Assembly: GCA_016180815.1 (NCBI GenBank)
Contig: JACPAN010000004.1
Location: forward strand, 44,358 to 108,357
Direction of reading: 5' to 3'
Length of the DNA stretch: 64,000 nt
Source of the DNA: Elusimicrobiota bacterium
Lineage (GTDB): Bacteria > Elusimicrobiota > Elusimicrobia > JACQPE01
Part shown: in pieces, positions 46,642 to 57,401 of the stretch
Numbering within the stretch: position 1 is the first letter of the stretch
Layout of the letters: every line of letters starts with the position of its first letter
Program-made: the position numbers and the translations under genes
Notes under the pieces: generated by a model
What the model was told of the DNA's origin: nothing
The model's input: the letters and a program-made list of their open reading frames with translations, nothing else
The model's database searches: none

Positions 46642-46671
46642 GTTTAAAAAAAGGGACAATGGTGTCTGTCA

Positions 46672-47805
46672 CTATTTTTTGGGTTGATAGTCGATGAGGC
46701 GCGCGCTTTGGCGCCCCTTTCTTTTCATCGCCAACTCGATGAGGCGATCCAGCAAGCGCGCGTAGGGAACGCCCGAGGCCTCCATCATTTTAGGGTACAT
46801 GCTGATGGAAGTGAACCCCGGGATGGTGTTGATCTCCCCGAAATAAAAAACGCCGGAGCTCTTATCCAGAAGAAAATCCACGCGCGCCATGCCTTCGCCT
46901 TCAAAAGCCAAAAATACGGTTTTAGCCGCCTCCCGGACCGAGGCCGCTTCCGAAGCCGTCAATTGAGCCGGGATTTTTAATTGGGCGCCGTCAGGGTCGA
47001 TATATTTAGCCTCGTAAGAATAAAACTCGTGTTTGGGAATCACCTCGCCCGGCGCCGACACCAAAATATCCTCATGATCCCCCAGCACCGCGCATTCGAT
47101 TTCCCTGGCGTCGATGCCTTTCTCGATGATGATTTTGTCGTCGTAGCGGAACGCCTCGCGGCAAGCCTCGCCCATGGCGTCGGCGGTTTTGATTTTGCTG
47201 ACGCCGACCGAAGAGCCCAGGCGGGCCGGCTTGACGAATACCGGAAACCCCAATTCCCGGCCGAACTCGGCGGCCGCGGCATCGGCTTTTCTTACGAATT
47301 TATTCCATTCATAGCGGCGAAGCACATGATACGCAGGCACGGCAAGGCCGGCCTGAGCCGCCAGCCTGAAGGCGACGTCTTTGTCCATAGCCACTGAACT
47401 CGCCAATACGCCGCAGCCCACATAAGCCGTATCAAGCAGTTCCAACAGCCCCTGCACCGTGCCGTCTTCACCCATGGGACCGTGCAACGCCGGAAAAACA
47501 ACGTCGAATTTGGGAGAAATCTTGACCGCAGGTTTGGCCGGAACCAGGGTCTGGCCGTTGATTTTAGGGTTGATCAATAAATCGGTCGCCTGATCGAAAA
47601 CCGGCAACGTATCTTTGGCCGAAGCCAGCAGTTTGCGGGCGTCCTGAAAGCGCCATTGCCCGTCTTTGCCGATGGCAATGGGGATGACCTCATATTTTTT
47701 CGGGTCTAAATTGCGCCAAATGGACAAAGCTGAAACCCGGGAAATTTCATGCTCCGCGGAACGCCCGCCGAAGAGCAAGGCGACTTTGATCTTTTTACCG
47801 GGCAT
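46672..47805 (-). CDS. ddl: D-alanine--D-alanine ligase
   Basis: GGRSAEHEIS, LHGPMGEDGTVQG, GSSVG, FYSYEAKY, EINTIPGFT. Confidence 0.97.
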   Translation of the reverse strand: MPGKKIKVALLFGGRSAEHEISRVSALSIWRNLDPKKYEVIPIAIGKDGQWRFQDARKLLASAKDTLPVFDQATDLLINPKINGQTLVPAKPAVKISPKFDVVFPALHGPMGEDGTVQGLLELLDTAYVGCGVLASSVAMDKDVAFRLAAQAGLAVPAYHVLRRYEWNKFVRKADAAAAEFGRELGFPVFVKPARLGSSVGVSKIKTADAMGEACREAFRYDDKIIIEKGIDAREIECAVLGDHEDILVSAPGEVIPKHEFYSYEAKYIDPDGAQLKIPAQLTASEAASVREAAKTVFLAFEGEGMARVDFLLDKSSGVFYFGEINTIPGFTSISMYPKMMEASGVPYARLLDRLIELAMKRKGRQSARLIDYQPKK

Positions 47806-48862
47806 GGGTAATCTTGCCGCCGCCTAAAACCCGGACGTCATCGTAAAAAACCGCAAACTGGCCGGGCGTCGGCGCGCGCTGGGGTTCGTTGAAACGCACC
47901 ATCGCGGTTAAGCCGTCCCGCGCTTCGATCATCGCTTCAACAGCCGGGCTTTTGGAACGAATTTTGACCTGGGCCGGGATTCGGGACCCCGGCGCGTCTC
48001 CATGAACCCAGGAAATATCCGCGACTGAAATTTCGCTTCTCAACAGCTCGTCATCCGCGCCCACATAAACGGTTTTCTGCGCCGGATCGATGGCCGTCAC
48101 ATACAAAGGCTCGCCGACGGACACGCCGAGACCGCCGCGCTGGCCGATGGTGTAATTAAAGTAGCCCTGATGCCGGCCCAAAACCCGGCCCGAGCGTTGT
48201 TCAATAATCGGTCCGGCCTGATCGCTGTGATTGAGCAAATTCCGGTAATCCCCATCCGCCATCGCGCCCACGAAACAAATCTCCTGGCTTTCCGCCTTTT
48301 GCGCGGTGGGCAAACCAGCCTCCTCGGCGATGGCTCTGACCTCGGTTTTCTTTAAACCGCCCAATGGGAACAAAATCCGGCTCAGTTGATTGTCCTTAAG
48401 CATATAAAGGAAGTAGCTCTGATCTTTCCGCTCATCATGCGCCCGATATAAACTGAGGCTTTTCTCGTCCTCGTTTAAACCGATCCTGGCGTAATGGCCG
48501 GTGGCTACGGCATCGAAGCCCCAGGACTCGGCCAATTCCAACATGGGGCCGAATTTCATGGAACGGTTGCACTCGACGCAGGGATTCGGCGTTTCGCCCT
48601 CTTCATAGGAACGCTTAAAAACATCGATAACGCCTTTTTGGAAGGCTTCGGTTTCGTCAAGGGTATAGTGAGGAATGCCGATCATGCGCGCGCAGTCTTT
48701 GGCGTCATAAACGTCGCGCGGGCTGCCGCAGCAGCCGGGCCCCTCCTTGCTTAATTCAAAAAGTTTAAGCGTGGCCCCGACCACCTCATGGCCCTCTTTT
48801 TTCAACAGATACGCGGTCGCGGACGAATCCACCCCGCCGCTCATCAACGCTAAGACACGCAT
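47795..48862 (-). CDS. mnmA: tRNA 2-thiouridine(34) synthase
   Basis: MSGGVDSS, TPNPCVECN, ATGHYAR, KDQSYFL, ESQEICF, YTIGQR, TPGQ. Confidence 0.97.
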   Translation of the reverse strand: MRVLALMSGGVDSSATAYLLKKEGHEVVGATLKLFELSKEGPGCCGSPRDVYDAKDCARMIGIPHYTLDETEAFQKGVIDVFKRSYEEGETPNPCVECNRSMKFGPMLELAESWGFDAVATGHYARIGLNEDEKSLSLYRAHDERKDQSYFLYMLKDNQLSRILFPLGGLKKTEVRAIAEEAGLPTAQKAESQEICFVGAMADGDYRNLLNHSDQAGPIIEQRSGRVLGRHQGYFNYTIGQRGGLGVSVGEPLYVTAIDPAQKTVYVGADDELLRSEISVADISWVHGDAPGSRIPAQVKIRSKSPAVEAMIEARDGLTAMVRFNEPQRAPTPGQFAVFYDDVRVLGGGKITHAR

Positions 48863-48890
48863 CAACCAATTATAACCGGATCAGACGGGT

Positions 48891-51575
48891 TTATTTGGAA
48901 CGCAGCATCTGCCTTAAGACAGCCGGCAGGATGCCGCCGTTGGCGTAATAATCGACCTCGATGGGACTTTCGAGGCGCACGGTGACCGGGAAACTTGATG
49001 CCTTGCCGCTCTTGACCGCTTTGACGACAAGCTCCTGGCGCGGCTTAAGGCCGGATTTTATCCCCTCGATGGTAAATTCTTCTTCGCCGGTCAATCCCAG
49101 ATCGGCGGCTGAATCGCCTTTGTTAAATTGAAGCGGCAGCACGCCCATGCCCACCAAATTGCTTCTGTGGATGCGCTCATAGGTTTGCGCGATCACGGCT
49201 TTAACGCCCAAAAGCGCCGGGCCCTTGGCCGCCCAGTCGCGGGAGGAGCCGGAGCCGTATTCTTTTCCGGCCAGAATGACCGACGCAACGCCGTTGTTCT
49301 GGTAGCGCATAGCCGCGTCAAAAATCGACATCAATTCGCCCGAAGGTTGATGTTTGGTCCAGCCCCCTTCTTTGGGCGCCGCCATCAAATTTTTCAAGCG
49401 GATATTGGCGAAGGTTCCGCGCATCATCACCTCATGATTGCCGCGGCGGGCGCCGTAGCTGTTGAAATCTTTGGGCGCGGCGCCGCGCTCCACCAGGTAA
49501 CGTCCGGCCGGGCCGTCGGCGGCGATGGAGCCGGCCGGGGAAATATGATCGGTGGTCACCGAGTCGCCCACGATCGCCAAGGCGCGGGCCTTCAGGATAT
49601 CGCCCGGCGGCGAAGGTTTCAAACTGAACTCTTTGAAAAAAGGCGGCTCTTGGATGTAGGTCGAGGCCGGGTCCCAGGCGTACAAATCCCCTTCGGGCGC
49701 GGGGATTTCCCGCCAATGCTCATCCCCGTCGAAAACTTCGCCGTAGCGCTCGGTGAAGGTTTTAGCGTCCACAAATTTGGCGACGGCATCCTTGATTTCC
49801 GCAGGCGTCGGCCAGATATCTTTCAAATAAACCGGGGCTCCGTTTTTGTCCTTGCCCAAAGCGTCTTTCGTTAAATCGACGTTCATGCCCCCGGCTAAGG
49901 CATAGGCCACGACCAACGGCGGCGACGCGAGGTAACTCGCCTTGACCAAAGGATTGATCCGCCCTTCGAAATTTCTGTTGCCCGAGAGCACGGCCACGGC
50001 CACCAAATTTTCGTTCTTAATGGCCTTGGCGACATGCTCCGGCAAGGGGCCTGAGTTGCCGATGCAAGTCGTACAACCGTAACCCACCAAATGAAAATTG
50101 AGTTTTTCAAGATAGGGCAGAAGCCCGGATTTCTTCAAATACTCCGTGACCACGCGCGAACCGGGAGCCAAAGAGGTTTTCACATGGGGTTTGACCGAAA
50201 GGCCGCGTTCCACGGCCTTTTTAGCCAACAAGCCCGCGCCGATCATCACCGAAGGGTTCGACGTGTTGGTGCAGCTGGTAATGGCGGCGATGACCACCGA
50301 GCCGTCGGCGATCTGGCCTGAGCCTCCGTTGAGCGCGACTTTGCGCTGGCCCTTAGGCGCCGAGCCTTGGGGAAAAAACGTGGGGAAGGATTCGGCAAAA
50401 TTTTTCGTTGAAGCAGCGAGCGCGACACGATCGTGCGGACGCTTGGGCCCGGCCAGCGAGGGCTCGACCGTTCCCAAATCAAGCTCCATGGTTTCGGAAA
50501 AATCAAACTCCTGCCCCGTCCCCGCAAAAAGCCCCTGTTCTTTCAAATAGCGCTCGGCCAAGTCCGCGGCCTCGGACCGGCCCGTCATTTTAAGGTACCT
50601 TAATGTCTCGTTATCCGCCGGAAAAAATCCCACGGTGGCGCCGTACTCGGGCGCCATATTGGCGACCGTGGCCCGGTCGGCCAAGGACAGCGCGGCCAAG
50701 CCCGGACCGAAAAATTCAACGAATTTATTCACCACGCCTTTTTTGCGCAACATCTGCGTGGCGGTCAACACCAAATCCGTGGCCGTGGCTCCGGGCTTCA
50801 ACTCGCCGGTCAGTCTAAACCCGACGACTTCCGGCGCCAGCATATAAAGCGGCCGGCCCAGCATGGCGGCTTCGGCTTCGATGCCGCCCACCCCCCAGCC
50901 GAGAACGCCCAAGCCGTTGATCATGGTCGTGTGAGAATCGGTGCCGACCAACGTGTCGGGGAACGCCGTGGTCGCGCCGTTTTCTTTTTTCGTCAGCACA
51001 ACTTTGGCGAGGTACTCCAGATTCACCTGATGCACGATGCCGGTGCCCGGCGGAACGACCGAAAAATTATGAAAAGCCTTCTGCGCCCAGCGCAAAAAGG
51101 CATAGCGCTCCCTGTTTCTTTCATATTCAATGCGGACATTCGTCTCATAAGCCTCGGCGGTTCCGTAAACATCGACCTGCACCGAGTGATCGATGACCAG
51201 GTCGACGGGGACGAGCGGGTTGATGCGCTTGGGGTCGCCTCCTAATTTTTTGAACGCGGACCGCATGGCGCTTAAATCAACGACAGTGGGAACGCCGGTG
51301 AAGTCCTGCAGGATGACGCGGGCCGGGATAAATCCGACGTCGCCCGCGCCCGGGGATTGAGGGCTCCAACGGCCTAAAGACAGCACATCGTCTTCCTTGA
51401 TCAGGCGGCCATCGCAGTTTCTCAAAACGTTTTCGAGCAAAATACGGATGGAAACCGGGAGCCGGGTGAGATTTTTAACCCCCGCTTTCTCCAGCGCAGC
51501 CAAACGAAAATACGCGAGATCTCCGGCCGAAGTTTTAAGCGCCGCGCGGGAGCCGAAGGGATTATTATTGGCCAT
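48891..51575 (-). CDS. acnA: Aconitate hydratase AcnA
   Basis: [54 protein letters not shown]. Confidence 0.98.
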   Translation of the reverse strand: MANNNPFGSRAALKTSAGDLAYFRLAALEKAGVKNLTRLPVSIRILLENVLRNCDGRLIKEDDVLSLGRWSPQSPGAGDVGFIPARVILQDFTGVPTVVDLSAMRSAFKKLGGDPKRINPLVPVDLVIDHSVQVDVYGTAEAYETNVRIEYERNRERYAFLRWAQKAFHNFSVVPPGTGIVHQVNLEYLAKVVLTKKENGATTAFPDTLVGTDSHTTMINGLGVLGWGVGGIEAEAAMLGRPLYMLAPEVVGFRLTGELKPGATATDLVLTATQMLRKKGVVNKFVEFFGPGLAALSLADRATVANMAPEYGATVGFFPADNETLRYLKMTGRSEAADLAERYLKEQGLFAGTGQEFDFSETMELDLGTVEPSLAGPKRPHDRVALAASTKNFAESFPTFFPQGSAPKGQRKVALNGGSGQIADGSVVIAAITSCTNTSNPSVMIGAGLLAKKAVERGLSVKPHVKTSLAPGSRVVTEYLKKSGLLPYLEKLNFHLVGYGCTTCIGNSGPLPEHVAKAIKNENLVAVAVLSGNRNFEGRINPLVKASYLASPPLVVAYALAGGMNVDLTKDALGKDKNGAPVYLKDIWPTPAEIKDAVAKFVDAKTFTERYGEVFDGDEHWREIPAPEGDLYAWDPASTYIQEPPFFKEFSLKPSPPGDILKARALAIVGDSVTTDHISPAGSIAADGPAGRYLVERGAAPKDFNSYGARRGNHEVMMRGTFANIRLKNLMAAPKEGGWTKHQPSGELMSIFDAAMRYQNNGVASVILAGKEYGSGSSRDWAAKGPALLGVKAVIAQTYERIHRSNLVGMGVLPLQFNKGDSAADLGLTGEEEFTIEGIKSGLKPRQELVVKAVKSGKASSFPVTVRLESPIEVDYYANGGILPAVLRQMLRSK

Positions 51576-51610
51576 GGATTTCCTTTTTATTGTAACAATC
51601 CCTTGAGGGC

Positions 51611-52414
51611 CTAGGGGCCGATCAGCAAATCAACATGCGCCGCGCGTTTAGCGAATTCGATGCGGATGGATTCGGCCAGTTTCTTGTTAATGGATTTCGG
51701 CAGCTGCATGGTCAGCACCTCGCCCGGGTAAAGGCCCCGGAACCTTTTGAGAAAATCGGGCGCATTAAGAATTTTCCGATCCGAATGAACGACGTCGACG
51801 TCCCGAATGCGGCCGTTGGGATCGGCCGATAAGAAAAAAATGTGCATTTCCGCGCCTTTGGAGCTTGTTTCGCGCAGGCTCACATAGCACGATCCGCCCA
51901 CGACCCCATCGCGGCCCTTGGCCAGGAAAACGACCCCATAATGGTCGATATCCTCGATGTTTTTGGCGCCCGCGATTTTCTCAAGCTGATTCATTTGAAT
52001 GGCCGACAATTTCTTCTCAAACGTCGAGAACGCAACGGCTTGCGGAAAAACCAGGGCCATGGATTTTAGCGGCGGCTTGATCGGCACGATTTCCAACAGC
52101 CAGAGCCCGGGGTCTTCCGGCGTGCTCGAGGCGTCGCCGGGATTGGACTTGGCCTCGATTTCCCGATTGGTCGCAAAACCGTCTTTATCGACGTCGATTT
52201 TTTCCAAATTCTTCATGGTGTCCGACGACGCCCCCAACGCAAGGATGGCGTCGCCGTAATGATTCAAACTCCAGTCATTCTGCAGGTGGCAAAGGGTGCA
52301 ATTGACGCGGTAACCGTATTTCGATTCATAAAGACTCTCAAAGGGAGGAATGCCCCAAGAGAACACCGGAGCGAACACGAGCAAGAAAAACCAAACCCTG
52401 CCCGCAGCCGTCAT
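51611..52414 (-). CDS. Exported protein with CxxCH heme-c motif
   Basis: Signal peptide; CTLCH; DVDKDG Ca-binding-like loop. Confidence 0.6.
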   Translation of the reverse strand: MTAAGRVWFFLLVFAPVFSWGIPPFESLYESKYGYRVNCTLCHLQNDWSLNHYGDAILALGASSDTMKNLEKIDVDKDGFATNREIEAKSNPGDASSTPEDPGLWLLEIVPIKPPLKSMALVFPQAVAFSTFEKKLSAIQMNQLEKIAGAKNIEDIDHYGVVFLAKGRDGVVGGSCYVSLRETSSKGAEMHIFFLSADPNGRIRDVDVVHSDRKILNAPDFLKRFRGLYPGEVLTMQLPKSINKKLAESIRIEFAKRAAHVDLLIGP

Positions 52415-52869
52415 GGAAGCGCCTTAAATTCCACCGGTTCGTTGAAACGATCCACAACCTTAATGTGATAGGGGCTGGTGACGGCCTGAATCACAAAGGC
52501 GTCCCCGGACGGTTTAATTTCCTTAAACCGGACCAGCGCCTTCTTTTTTTTCCTCTCGACGCGAACGATTTCCACGCCCCAGCCGCCCGTGTTTTTGGTT
52601 CCCAAAAACGAGGCCAAGACCATTTTCTTTTCGAAATCCACGACCGGCAAAGCGTCCTGACGGATGCGCGTCCAATAATTTTTCCAGGTTTCGGAATCCC
52701 GGATCACATGATGGCCGCCTTCAGGCAAGCCGCCGAACGATTCTTTCCATTCCATAATCTGCGCCTGTTTCTCCTTATTCTTGCCCGTCGCCGAAGCCTT
52801 GGATTGCGCCGAAACATCCGCAGCGATCAACCCAAAACCTAGCGCTAAAACAAAAACCGCAACACTCAC
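52411..52869 (-). CDS. PrcB C-terminal-like domain protein
   Basis: LPVVDFEKKMVLASFLGTKNTGGWGVEI...QAVTSPYH. Confidence 0.8.
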   Translation of the reverse strand: MSVAVFVLALGFGLIAADVSAQSKASATGKNKEKQAQIMEWKESFGGLPEGGHHVIRDSETWKNYWTRIRQDALPVVDFEKKMVLASFLGTKNTGGWGVEIVRVERKKKKALVRFKEIKPSGDAFVIQAVTSPYHIKVVDRFNEPVEFKALP

Positions 52870-54269
52870 TTGGCATTTCCTCCCACCAAGAGTTTATCAA
52901 TCAAAATCGTCGGCAGGCCATCGGACACGGGCACGCGTTGGCCCCCTTTGCCGCAGGTGCCGACCGCCCAGCCCAAATCCCGGCCGATACGGCTGATGCG
53001 CCGCAACGCCTCGGGGCCGCCGCCCAATAAATTGGCGTCGCGGATCATCCCGGCCAAACGCCCGTTCTTGATGCGCCAACCCTCCTCGACTTCGAACATG
53101 AATTGACCGGTCGCGGTGTCCACCTCTCCGCCGCCCATGCGGGTTACCAGCATCCCATCGGCGACGGCGCCGATGATTTGCTCAGGGTTGTCGGCGCCCG
53201 GCTTTAGGAAAAGATTGGACATGCGCGGCAGGGGGCGGTTGCCCGGCGCTTCGCGCCGGCCATGGCCGTTGGAAGCGCGCCCGGCGCGAAAACCGCCCGC
53301 GCGATCAAAAAGAAAATCCTTGAGGATGCCGTCCTCAACCAGAATCGTAGGCCGGGCCGCCACCCCTTCATCATCGAAACGATAGGAGCCCCGCGCCCCC
53401 GGAAGCGTCGGGTCATCCACGATGGTCACCCCCGCAGCCGCCACGCGGCGCCCCAACCGACCCGCAAAATAAGGGCTGGCGCCATCTAAGACCGCATCCG
53501 CTTCAAGGGCATGGCCGACGGCTTCATGCAAAAAAGTTCCGCCCGCTGAAGACGCGATCACAATCGGAAATTCGCCGGCCGGCGCGGGCGAAGCCTCCAG
53601 TTTGCCCAAAGCGCGGCGCACGACCATGTCCGCCAAGGCCCCGAGATCGGCACGTTCGATCAATTCCCATCCGCCCGCGCCGCCGATGGACTCATAAGCT
53701 CCCTGACGCATCCGCCCGGATTCAGCCAGCACATAAAGGCTCAAATTCACCAACATTTTTTCCTCACCGATGAGCGTTCCCTCGCTTGTCCACTGAACGA
53801 CCGTGGTTTGAGCCTCGGCATAATGGGCCGTCACCTGGCGCAGGTTTGGACCGCCCAAGACGCGCATCCTGCGGTCAAGATCGAGAAGAAAACGAACTTT
53901 GCCATCGAGGGTTTGGCCGGCCACGGAATCAGCCGCCTCATGGCGAAACCATTGCAGATCCGGCAGAGGCCGCGACAATTGTTTTTTGCGCGACGCTCGG
54001 AATAATTCCCGGTCGATCAAAGCGGCCAAAGTTTTGGGGTGCGCGTCCGACGCGCTGAATAAAAGCGTCGGGCCTTTTGGGGTTTTCAGGCAGCGCCAAG
54101 CCGCTTCACGATCTTGCGTTTGGGCCGCCTGCTCGATGGCTCCGGACTCAAGCCTAACGACGAGCGAGCGGCTCTCTTGCCAATGAATATCTCCGTAACA
54201 AGCCCCCTTAGGCAAATAGCGCCAAAGAATATCCCAAAAGGATCGCCGGTCTGATTCCGCCGGCGTCAA
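52866..54269 (-). CDS. tldD: TldD/PmbA family metalloprotease (TldD)
   Basis: LHEAVGHALEAD, VDDPT, FDDEG, PRMSN, GTCGKGGQ. Confidence 0.9.
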   Translation of the reverse strand: MTPAESDRRSFWDILWRYLPKGACYGDIHWQESRSLVVRLESGAIEQAAQTQDREAAWRCLKTPKGPTLLFSASDAHPKTLAALIDRELFRASRKKQLSRPLPDLQWFRHEAADSVAGQTLDGKVRFLLDLDRRMRVLGGPNLRQVTAHYAEAQTTVVQWTSEGTLIGEEKMLVNLSLYVLAESGRMRQGAYESIGGAGGWELIERADLGALADMVVRRALGKLEASPAPAGEFPIVIASSAGGTFLHEAVGHALEADAVLDGASPYFAGRLGRRVAAAGVTIVDDPTLPGARGSYRFDDEGVAARPTILVEDGILKDFLFDRAGGFRAGRASNGHGRREAPGNRPLPRMSNLFLKPGADNPEQIIGAVADGMLVTRMGGGEVDTATGQFMFEVEEGWRIKNGRLAGMIRDANLLGGGPEALRRISRIGRDLGWAVGTCGKGGQRVPVSDGLPTILIDKLLVGGNAK

Positions 54270-55834
54270 ACGCCGTCCTGCGCTTTGGGCAAAGTGACGG
54301 TGAAGGTCGTCCCTTCGCCGACTCGGCTGATCAACTCGATGCTGCCTCGATGCAAATCAATCACTTTTTTGACGAACGCCAAACCCAGGCCCATGCCGCG
54401 CACTTGACCGGTGAAATCCTGTTCGATTTGACGAAATCCGCGAAAAACCCGATCCCGCTCCTCCGGCGGAATACCGGGGCCGTTGTCTTCGACGCTCAGG
54501 AGCACCGCATTGGCCTCGCAGCGGACGCCTAATTTCAAAACTTTGCCGCTTTTCGTGTTGAAGCGGATGGCATTTTCCATCAAGTTTTTGATCATGTCGA
54601 TGAGCATCACCGTATCGCCCATGATCTGGGCCTGAGGATCGAAATTTTTGACCACGGAAACGCCGTCGCCCTCGATCAAAATAGCGACTTTGCTCAAGGC
54701 GTCTTCGACCAAGCGCGAAGCCAATGACTTGTTTTGAGCCAGCTTGGTGTCCCTGGTAAAACCGGCGACCGTCGTGAACCGCAGCAAATCCTCAATGAGA
54801 TAGGCCAGATGCCGGCTCTCCTTGTCGATCGCGTCTAAGGCGCGCCTATTATGCTCCGAAAGCTTATTTGCCTCTTCTTTAATGAACGGCAGATAGCCGG
54901 TGATCGCGACCAACGGCGTTCTTAGCTTATGCGAAATCACCGAAAGGAAATTTCTCTGCAACATTTCCTCGCGGCGCACGTCGGTGACGTCGCGAAAGAT
55001 GAAAATCATTTGATTTTCTTCGCCGTCGGGACCCGCCAAACGCGCCCAGGAACCGGAAAGAATGAGCAGCACGGGTTTGGCCCGTTGGATTTCAAGATGA
55101 CCGCTTTTGGCCGGGCTGGCCAACAAGCCGTTGGGCTCGGGGTCCCAAATGTAGCCCTGAGGGTCGAAATCGCTCAAATGCTGAATATTCAAATCCTTGA
55201 ACCAGGCGGCCGCTTTGTTGTTCATGCGCAGGATTTCGCCTTCGGACGTCACCAGCATGGCGCCGTCGGCCATTTTATTGAACGTTTCCTCGATGGTTTG
55301 TTTTTCCGAGCGCAGGCTGGAAAACAAGCGGGCGTTTTCGATGGCCACCGCGGCTTGGCTGGCGAAGGCCTCGAACAGGCGCAATTCCGCCGCCGTGAAG
55401 TCCGAGCCCTCCGCCTTGTTGATCGCCTCGACAACGCCGATGATCTTGCCCTTGACTTGCAGGGGACAGGCCATCATCCGGCGCGTTTCAAAACCCGAAG
55501 AGCCGCCGGGGCCGCCTTTCCAACGCTGGTCTTTGCTGACATCGTTGACGATGACGGATTTTCCTTCCTGGGCGACCCAGCCGGCGATGCCTTGTCCCAG
55601 CGGAATACGGATGCCTTTGATCTCTTCCCCGGCCCCGCCCACGGCGACGTCGAAATAAAGCTCTTTTTTCTTCTCGTCAAGCAGCAAGACCGAACTGGCC
55701 TCCACCTTCATGACGCGACCGGCCAAATCCATAATGGAATACAGCAGCTCCGCGATATCGAGTTTGGAAGAGAGAAGACGATTGGTTTCTAAAAGAAGTT
55801 CTAAGTCGTCGGCCGTGATTTCCGGATTAGGCAT
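54266..55834 (-). CDS. GAF-PAS sensor histidine kinase
   Basis: GAF (GQGIAGWVAQ), SHKLRTPL H-box, NLMENAIRF, DNGPGI, GMGLGL. Confidence 0.95.
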   Translation of the reverse strand: MPNPEITADDLELLLETNRLLSSKLDIAELLYSIMDLAGRVMKVEASSVLLLDEKKKELYFDVAVGGAGEEIKGIRIPLGQGIAGWVAQEGKSVIVNDVSKDQRWKGGPGGSSGFETRRMMACPLQVKGKIIGVVEAINKAEGSDFTAAELRLFEAFASQAAVAIENARLFSSLRSEKQTIEETFNKMADGAMLVTSEGEILRMNNKAAAWFKDLNIQHLSDFDPQGYIWDPEPNGLLASPAKSGHLEIQRAKPVLLILSGSWARLAGPDGEENQMIFIFRDVTDVRREEMLQRNFLSVISHKLRTPLVAITGYLPFIKEEANKLSEHNRRALDAIDKESRHLAYLIEDLLRFTTVAGFTRDTKLAQNKSLASRLVEDALSKVAILIEGDGVSVVKNFDPQAQIMGDTVMLIDMIKNLMENAIRFNTKSGKVLKLGVRCEANAVLLSVEDNGPGIPPEERDRVFRGFRQIEQDFTGQVRGMGLGLAFVKKVIDLHRGSIELISRVGEGTTFTVTLPKAQDGV

Positions 55835-55875
55835 GGATACTTAAAGGTTAAGCTTTGAAAAGCCTTTCGTCAAGG

Positions 55876-56556
55876 CTATTTTTTGACAAGGTCCCGCCAG
55901 CCCGGCGTCTCATACTCTTCGGGAAAAAACTCACGGTAGTTTGCGGGGGCTTCCTGGCGTCCTAAAATTTCGATTTCTTCAACGCCTTTTAAGCCCGCGG
56001 CATTGGCCTCATCCGTGTCCAAATGAAATTCGAGGCAATACCAGGGCGCCGCGCGCACCCAAACGTACTCAAAAATAACTTCGCGTCCCGACCCGTCGCC
56101 GGCTTTGATGCGGACAAAATCATTGGGGCCCAATCCCAACGAGCGAGCCTCCTCAGCGCTCATGTGGATATGGCGCCAAGCCACAATGCAGCCTTCTTTG
56201 AGCTCGAGCGTGCCTGCCGGACCAACCAAAATAATCGCGGCTGAGCCGGCCACATCCCCGGACTTCCTCAACGGAGCTTTAATGCCCAGGGCAATGGCGT
56301 CCGTCCTGGTCACCTCAACCTGGGTTACCGGGCGCCACGGATGCACGACGCGGGCATGTTCGATTTCCCCTTTGGGACCGATTAATTTGACCGTTTCCCA
56401 TCCGGCGAAATAACCGGGCTGGCGCACGCCTTTCAAGCGGCGGGGCTTGGCTTGGGCGCCGAAAAGAAGCCCGAAATGTTCCTGAGTCAGATGCACGTGG
56501 CGCGGATCGATGCCCACGGGCGCTTTACCGGTCAACGCTTGTTCCTGTGCGGGCAT
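55876..56556 (-). CDS. pduL: PduL-type phosphate acyltransferase
   Basis: RHVHL and RHIHM duplicated motifs, QPGYFA, QVEVTRTD, HLDTDEANAA. Confidence 0.9.
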   Translation of the reverse strand: MPAQEQALTGKAPVGIDPRHVHLTQEHFGLLFGAQAKPRRLKGVRQPGYFAGWETVKLIGPKGEIEHARVVHPWRPVTQVEVTRTDAIALGIKAPLRKSGDVAGSAAIILVGPAGTLELKEGCIVAWRHIHMSAEEARSLGLGPNDFVRIKAGDGSGREVIFEYVWVRAAPWYCLEFHLDTDEANAAGLKGVEEIEILGRQEAPANYREFFPEEYETPGWRDLVKK

Positions 56557-56557
56557 T

Positions 56558-57334
56558 TTATTTTCCCGTTAAAATTTCGATTAATCTTAAAAATTTTTGA
56601 GAATCAAGGCTGGCCCCTCCGACCAAGCCCCCGTCCACATCCGGGCCGTTGGCCAGCGAAGAAAAATTTTCGGGCGTCACCGAGCCCCCGTAAAGCAGGC
56701 GCATGCCCTCGGCGCGCTCCGCGCCCCAATGGCGGCGCGCGGTCTCGCGCAAAAAATGATGGACTTCCTGGGCTTGCTCCGGCGCGGCGTTTTTGCCGGT
56801 GCCGATGGCCCAAACAGGCTCATAAGCCAGCACAAACGACGAAGGATCGGGCACGAGCTCGGCCGGAACATCCCTTAAAACGGACATTTGCTCCTCCAAG
56901 ACCTTAAAGGTGCGCCCCTCTTCCCGCTCTTGGAGCCGTTCGCCGACGCAGAAAATGGGGATTAATCCCGCCTTAAGCGCGGCCAACAATTTTTTGGTGA
57001 GCATCTCGTTGGTTTCATGGAAATACTGCCGCCGCTCCGAATGCCCGATAATGACATAGCGCGCCTTCAAATCTTTGAGCATCGCCGGCGAAACGCATCC
57101 GGTAAACGCCCCCTTGTCCTCCCAATGACCATCCTGAGCGCCTACGGCGATACCGGCCGGCAATAAATGATCCAGCGACAGAGCCGTGATATGCACGAAC
57201 ACCGGGCAAATCACGATATCGACATGGCCGATGGTTCCATGGGGAAGCTTGCGCTTGAACTCCTGGGCGAATTCCCGGACCTCCTCCAAGGTTTTGTTCA
57301 TTTTCCAGTTAGCGGCCAGCAATGGTTTGCGCAT
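56558..57334 (-). CDS. tpiA: Triosephosphate isomerase
   Basis: ANWKMN, IIGHSERR, AYEPVWAIGTG, LYGGSV, LVGGASL. Confidence 0.98.
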   Translation of the reverse strand: MRKPLLAANWKMNKTLEEVREFAQEFKRKLPHGTIGHVDIVICPVFVHITALSLDHLLPAGIAVGAQDGHWEDKGAFTGCVSPAMLKDLKARYVIIGHSERRQYFHETNEMLTKKLLAALKAGLIPIFCVGERLQEREEGRTFKVLEEQMSVLRDVPAELVPDPSSFVLAYEPVWAIGTGKNAAPEQAQEVHHFLRETARRHWGAERAEGMRLLYGGSVTPENFSSLANGPDVDGGLVGGASLDSQKFLRLIEILTGK

Positions 57335-57401
57335 TGTTTTCTCCTCTTTCGCAGAGCTCCGAGGACGCTGGCCCGCCCTAGGCGGGACCCCTGCAGTCCT
57401 C

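Noticed and set aside
51607..51620. GGGCC-TAGG-GGCCG as another copy of the palindromic motif upstream of acnA
   Set aside because: Single copy overlapping a stop codon and coding sequence, with no partner at ~23 bp; may be chance.
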